NCBI GenBank assembly: GCA_963696385.1
Contig: CAVOKF010000008.1
Location: 704,001-768,000, forward strand
Reading direction: 5' to 3'
DNA length: 64,000 bases
Origin: an uncultured delta proteobacterium
GTDB taxonomy: Bacteria > Myxococcota_A > Polyangia > Polyangiales > Polyangiaceae
Shown: positions 59,268 through 64,000 of the stretch, in pieces
Numbering within the stretch: position 1 is the first letter of the stretch
Layout: the number at the start of each line of letters is the position of its first letter
Made by a program: the position numbers and the translations under genes
Notes under the pieces: model-generated
Databases searched by the model: none
Told to the model about the DNA's origin: nothing
The model's input: only the letters and a program-made list of their open reading frames with translations

Positions 59268-61211
59268 ATGGATCGAGTGGACGCGGACGTTCTCGCTCTC
59301 GTGCGCGCGGGTCGATTGCTCGACGCGGCGAATCTCGCGAGAGCCCGTGGACAATCGCGCGACGCGAGCGCCCTCTTCGAGCAAGCGTGCTTCTTTCAAC
59401 CCGCCGCCGAAGAAGCGCTTCGAGCAGGCGACGCCACGCGTGCCCTGGATCTCGCCGCCACCGCCGGAGACGCCTCGACGGCCGAACGGGCCTTGGCCCA
59501 GATTGCGGTCGACCCTCCGCTCGCCGAGCGCGTCGCGGAGCGGCTCGCGCGCACAGGTCACCACGCGTGGGCTGCGCGACTGCTTGCCGCGACCGGACGC
59601 GTCTTCGAAGCGGCTCGATCGTGGGAACGCGCGGGCGACGCGGTGCAGGCCGCGGCGATTTTCGAGACGCACGGCGACGTCTTGTCCGCGGTGCGCGTCC
59701 TCGAGGCCGCCGTGGGCCGCCACGGCCCGGCGTCGGGAGACGCCGTGGCGCTCGGCGCGCTGCTCGGTCGCCTCGGGCGAGACGAGGCGGCGGTACGCGT
59801 GCTCCAGCGGATTCCGAGCCGCGCGCCGGAGCGGCGCGAAGCACTCGGTTTGCTCGCCCACGCGCTAGAGCGTCTAGGGCTCCGGTACGCGGCGGCCGAG
59901 GCCGTGGGCGAGCTCGCGCGCATCGGCGACAGCCATGCCGACGCGATTCCGGAGCCCCGGATGGTTTCGCCTGAGAGGCTCTTCGGCCGCTACGAGATCG
60001 TCCGAGAGATTGGATCGTCCGCAAGCGCCCGCGTTCTCGAGTGCATCGATCGGGTCCGAGGCGACCGGGTCGCCGTGAAGATCTTCGCAACGGGCGCCAG
60101 CGCAACGGAGGCGGAGCCCGTCTCGCACTTCCTGCGGGACGTGGAAACCGTGCGCTCCCTCGATCATCCGGGCATCGTACCCACGCGCAAGATCGTGGGC
60201 CGCGAGATCGCGGTCGTGTCGTCCTGGATGGAAGGGGGGTCGCTCGAGGAAAGGCTCTCGCAGCCTATGGCCCCCCGTCGTGCCGTCGAGATCGCTTCCA
60301 TGCTGCTGCGCGCGATCGGTGACGCACATCGGTTCGGCGTTCTGCACAGGGCCATCAAACCAACCAACGTGCTGTTCGATTCGGTCGGCACGGCTCGCTT
60401 GACCGATTTCGGAACGGCATGGTTGGTCGACGTCTCGGCCACGGCCGGCGCCGACGCCCTGGCGTACGCGAGTCCCGAGGCACGCGAGGGACGGTCGCTC
60501 ACCGCATCGAGCGATCTCTTCGCCGTCGGGGTCATGCTCCACGAGATGTTGACCGGGGAACGACCGCGCGTCGCCAGGGGCCTTCGCGTGCGTCCGAGCG
60601 AGCGGCACCCAGGCCTCAACGCCGAGCACGACGCCCTCATCGCCCGATGGACAGCCGAAGATCCGGACCGGCGGCCGGCAAGCGCTCATGACGCGCTCGA
60701 CGACCTGTCGAAATGGCGATGGCCGTCTTCGGTCGATCCTCGATGGATGCGAACGCCCGCCCCGCCCGACTCGAACGACGCGGTTGCCGCGGGCCGTTTC
60801 GAGCCGGTGAGCTCCGAGGCAGGCACCTTCATCGACAGGTGGTGCGGGCGCGCCGTCGAGCGCATAGCTCTGACCGAACGAGTGTTGGGGCGCGCTCGGG
60901 CGTTCGCGCTGGCTGACGCGGACACCCCCGGCGGAGCCCTACAGGCCGTGTTGCGGGTCGACCCGGAGGACGGAACAATCTGGCTCGCAGCCGTTGGAGG
61001 GTCCCGGCTCGGCCGGCCCCTTGCCGCGGCCGAGCGCAATCGCCTTCAGCAGGCCCTCGACGCCCTTCACGCACACGGCATCGCGCACGGCCATGTCGAC
61101 GCCAGCCACATTGCGGTCGACGAGGAGGCGGGCGTCGTTCTGCGCTTCGCGCCCGACGACCACCCCACGGCCACGGCCGACGACGACGACCGCGCCCTGC
61201 TGGCCCTGTGA
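59268..61211 (+). CDS. TPR-like + Ser/Thr kinase-like protein (probable pseudokinase)
   Basis: Helical repeats, then RYEIVREIGSSASARV, VAVK, HRAIKPTN, TDFG, YASPE, SDLFAVG. Confidence 0.85.
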   Translation: MDRVDADVLALVRAGRLLDAANLARARGQSRDASALFEQACFFQPAAEEALRAGDATRALDLAATAGDASTAERALAQIAVDPPLAERVAERLARTGHHAWAARLLAATGRVFEAARSWERAGDAVQAAAIFETHGDVLSAVRVLEAAVGRHGPASGDAVALGALLGRLGRDEAAVRVLQRIPSRAPERREALGLLAHALERLGLRYAAAEAVGELARIGDSHADAIPEPRMVSPERLFGRYEIVREIGSSASARVLECIDRVRGDRVAVKIFATGASATEAEPVSHFLRDVETVRSLDHPGIVPTRKIVGREIAVVSSWMEGGSLEERLSQPMAPRRAVEIASMLLRAIGDAHRFGVLHRAIKPTNVLFDSVGTARLTDFGTAWLVDVSATAGADALAYASPEAREGRSLTASSDLFAVGVMLHEMLTGERPRVARGLRVRPSERHPGLNAEHDALIARWTAEDPDRRPASAHDALDDLSKWRWPSSVDPRWMRTPAPPDSNDAVAAGRFEPVSSEAGTFIDRWCGRAVERIALTERVLGRARAFALADADTPGGALQAVLRVDPEDGTIWLAAVGGSRLGRPLAAAERNRLQQALDALHAHGIAHGHVDASHIAVDEEAGVVLRFAPDDHPTATADDDDRALLAL

Positions 61212-61214
61212 TCG

Positions 61215-61691
61215 TCAGCGATCGTCGGCAATCGCGTACACGATCTCGCGCGACAGCCCGTCTCGTTCGTACACGACGCGAAGCTCACTCGCGACGTCGA
61301 GGGAATCGAAAACGTTCAGGGCCTGTTCCGGGCGCTCGATCGGAAACCCATTGATGCTCGTCACGACATCGCCCGGCCGCAGATCCACGTCGCGCCAGAA
61401 CGACGGATCGTGGAGGGCGGCGACCCGGAACCCGTGGAACTTGCCGCCTGCGAGCACGGGACGTTCGTCGAGTTCGATCCGCTGGAGAAAGGCACCCAAG
61501 CCGAGCGCGACCAGAGCGCGCACGGCCGACCGCGCCAGCGTGCGATTCGAACGCGCCTCCGGCGCCGCACCGACATCCGAGGCCGGACGAGCGACCGAGG
61601 GCGTGACGGGCCCCGCCGCCGTCGGCGCCGAGCGCGCACCACCGCACGATCCGATCGCAGCGGCAAGACCCATCGGGACAAGCATTCGCAT
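61215..61691 (-). CDS. PDZ-domain lipoprotein (GspC-C-terminus-like)
   Basis: AIGSC lipobox; GFRV, DLRPGDVVTSING, YERDG. Confidence 0.8.
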   Translation of the reverse strand: MRMLVPMGLAAAIGSCGGARSAPTAAGPVTPSVARPASDVGAAPEARSNRTLARSAVRALVALGLGAFLQRIELDERPVLAGGKFHGFRVAALHDPSFWRDVDLRPGDVVTSINGFPIERPEQALNVFDSLDVASELRVVYERDGLSREIVYAIADDR

Positions 61692-61735
61692 CGGCACGAT
61701 ATTATGGGCCTCGGGTCGAATCCGCGCGCAAGTCT

Positions 61736-62377
61736 TCATGAAAACGAATCGGCGTACACTCCCCAAATGCGGCTGTGCACTTCATCGAGACTCCCGGTCG
61801 CGTCGATGACGACGACGCGGTCGTTCGGCATGTGCGAGGGTAGGTTCCGATAGAAGAGCGCCAGCGCGCGCTGCACTTCGCTCTGGTCGTACAGCTGCGC
61901 GGCGTCGCCGCGGCTGGCGCGGCGCTCCGCGGCGATTTCGGGCGAGACGTCGAGCACAATCGTCAGGTCCGGCCTTCTCACGTGCCGGTTCAGCAATCGA
62001 ATCCATTCGACCGCTTCGACGGCACCGGCGCCGCTCGATACGCTCTGGTAGGCGAGGCTCGAAGCATCGTACCAATCGGAGACGATGACGCCGCCTTCGA
62101 GGATGAACGGTTCGATCTCGCTTTCGACGTGGTCCATCCGGTCGGCGGCGAACAGCAAGGCCATGGTTGCCCAACCCGGCGCGCGACCGCCCGGAACGAC
62201 CAGGCGTCCGGTGAGCACTTGGCGGACGAGCGTTCCGACCGGGCCGTCGCTCGGCTCGCGCGTCGCCCGCACGGCAACCCCCCGGGTCCGAAGGCGATCC
62301 GCCAGGCGTGCGACATGCGTCGTCGTCCCCGCGCCGTCGATCCCTTCGAGCACTACGAGCCGTCCTCCGTTGGCCAT
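61736..62377 (-). CDS. tmk: Thymidylate kinase
   Basis: VLEGIDGAGTTT, TREPS, LLFAADR, SSLAYQ, PDLTIVLDV. Confidence 0.9.
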   Translation of the reverse strand: MANGGRLVVLEGIDGAGTTTHVARLADRLRTRGVAVRATREPSDGPVGTLVRQVLTGRLVVPGGRAPGWATMALLFAADRMDHVESEIEPFILEGGVIVSDWYDASSLAYQSVSSGAGAVEAVEWIRLLNRHVRRPDLTIVLDVSPEIAAERRASRGDAAQLYDQSEVQRALALFYRNLPSHMPNDRVVVIDATGSLDEVHSRIWGVYADSFS

Positions 62378-62390
62378 TGGAAGCGCCACC

Positions 62391-63320
62391 CTAGCTCGTT
62401 TTTTCCGTGTTCGTCCGGCGGAGCTCGCCCCCCGCGCCGGCGCGCTGGGGAAGGGGTGCAGGATCCTCGCCCAGGACCACGTTGTCGATGAGGCGCGTCG
62501 TACCAATCCAGCATGCCACGGCGAGAAGCGCGCGTTGCGGCACCTCGCCTTCAATCGGGGCGAGGGTCTCCGGATCCCGGGCCTCGACGTAATCGACCGA
62601 GGGGGTAGCGAGGTCGATGGGACCGCGGGCGATGCGTTCGAGTTGCCTCGCCCGCCGCTCGCCACGACCGAATGCCCGGACCGCGTCGTCCAGACCCTGG
62701 ACCAGTCCGAGCGCAGCTCGGCGCTCGGAGTCCGACAGATAGGCGTTGCGCGAGCTCATCGCGAGCCCGTCGTGCTCTCGGACGATCGGGTAGCCGACCA
62801 CCTCGACGGGAAGCAGAAGATCCCGTGCCACGCGGCGAACGATACGCCATTGCTGGTAGTCCTTGCGGCCGAACACCGCGTGGCACGATCCGACGACCGA
62901 GAACAGCTTGGCCACCACCGTGGCCACGCCCTCGAAATGTCCGGGGCGAAACCGGCCGCAGAGCGGATCGGCCAGCGCGCCCACGCGCACGCGGGTCTCA
63001 TCGCCGACCGGATACAACTCGGCGACCGCCGGCGCGAACACCAGATCCACCCCCGCGGCCTCGAGCAGCCCCACGTCGGCGTCGAGGTTCCGGGGGTAGC
63101 GGGCAAAGTCTTCGTTGGGGCCGAACTGGATCGGGTTGACGAAGATCGAAACAGCGACGAACGCCGCCCGGCGCCGGGCTTCCTCGACGAGCGCGAGATG
63201 GCCCGCGTGGATTGCTCCCATCGTCGGCACGAAGCCGACGAGACCGCCTCGCGTTCGGGCCTGATCGCACGAGGCGCGCACTTCGGAGGCAGAGCCGAGG
63301 ACCGCCAAATTTCGCAACAC
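62391..63320 (-). CDS. panC: Pantoate--beta-alanine ligase
   Basis: [50 protein letters not shown]. Confidence 0.97.
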   Translation of the reverse strand: MLRNLAVLGSASEVRASCDQARTRGGLVGFVPTMGAIHAGHLALVEEARRRAAFVAVSIFVNPIQFGPNEDFARYPRNLDADVGLLEAAGVDLVFAPAVAELYPVGDETRVRVGALADPLCGRFRPGHFEGVATVVAKLFSVVGSCHAVFGRKDYQQWRIVRRVARDLLLPVEVVGYPIVREHDGLAMSSRNAYLSDSERRAALGLVQGLDDAVRAFGRGERRARQLERIARGPIDLATPSVDYVEARDPETLAPIEGEVPQRALLAVACWIGTTRLIDNVVLGEDPAPLPQRAGAGGELRRTNTEKTS

Positions 63321-63467
63321 CGTCCCAGTTTATCGCGGATCGGGTCGCCGACGCGGCCGATGCGGTTCACGTCGAGGGCGAAGGGCAAGCCGAAACTCCG
63401 CCCCGAGCGCTACCCTTGTGCGCCCGGCGCAGTCGTGTTTTTGGTAAACGACACCGTGTCGGTGGTC

Positions 63468-64000
63468 ATGCCCTCCGCGCGCCTCGGTCGTCGGGCGCTC
63501 CGCGCGTCGCTGTCGGGCGCCATGATCGCGCTCTGTTCGGCCGCGCAGGCGAGCGACGCGCCGTCCGCTGCCGAGCTCAATTCGGCCCGAGAGCTTTTCA
63601 CGGATGCCGAACGCGACGAGGACGCAGGTCGTTGGCAGGAGGCGCTCGATAAGTTGCGGCGGGTGGCTCGCGTCAAACAGACGGCCGGGGTCCGATATCA
63701 CGTTGCGCTGTGCGAAGAACGTCTCGGCTCCCTGGCCGACGCATGGCAAGACTACCGGAGCGCCCAGGCCCAGGCGACCCGTGAAGGCGCGAAGGACGTT
63801 CTGCGCCTCGTCGGGCCCGTGCTCGACACGTTGGGTCCTCGCGTCCCGCACCTGGCCATTCACATCGTGCCCGACTCCGCCGACGCGACCGTGAGTGTGG
63901 ATGGTTCGCCCGTCGCGCAGAGCTCGCTCGGCGACCCGACGCCCATCAATCCGGGGCTGCACCGCATCGAGGCGAGTGCAGCCGGTCGAACGACCGTCCG
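63468..64000 (+). CDS. Secreted TPR + PEGA-like protein (partial, runs off window)
   Basis: Manual translation: signal, ARELF..AERDEDAGRWQEAL, VRYHVALCEERLG, ATVSVDG, NPGLHRIEASA. Confidence 0.8.
   Translation, partial: MPSARLGRRALRASLSGAMIALCSAAQASDAPSAAELNSARELFTDAERDEDAGRWQEALDKLRRVARVKQTAGVRYHVALCEERLGSLADAWQDYRSAQAQATREGAKDVLRLVGPVLDTLGPRVPHLAIHIVPDSADATVSVDGSPVAQSSLGDPTPINPGLHRIEASAAGRTTV

Noticed and set aside
1..64000. tRNA, rRNA, prophage or anti-phage defence genes
   Set aside because: No recognisable motifs seen by eye; a covariance/HMM scan would be needed to exclude small RNAs

Overview
High-GC, densely coding 64-kb window that looks like a myxobacterium of the Polyangiales/Sorangiineae type. 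The evidence is Cys-rich lipoproteins with DAG/DAS linkers, Hanks kinases, an AgmC-like protein with a MYXO-CTERM-like tail, and a long S41 peptidase. Most of it is housekeeping or envelope genes: pspA, lpdA, E1-alpha, ABC permeases, GST, TrmH, GH8, PduO, nnr, helicase, trpE, pdxJ, tmk and panC. No rRNA, tRNA or CRISPR array was seen. The most notable items are: (1) a 2.5-kb IS with 15-bp TIRs and a 7-bp TSD, carrying a DDE transposase, a DUF6788-like Zn protein and a coupled membrane ORF; (2) a Kal-Kce (lysine catabolism) fusion; (3) a coupled pair of histidine kinases, one lacking ATP-binding motifs; (4) a REP-like 25-nt hairpin family at two loci with a compensatory change; (5) a stand-alone ketosynthase with a large insertion; (6) a TPR-pseudokinase; (7) four single-base frameshifts in three genes, probably assembly indels, one in a C7 tract. 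All calls come from motif recognition only, with no database searches.
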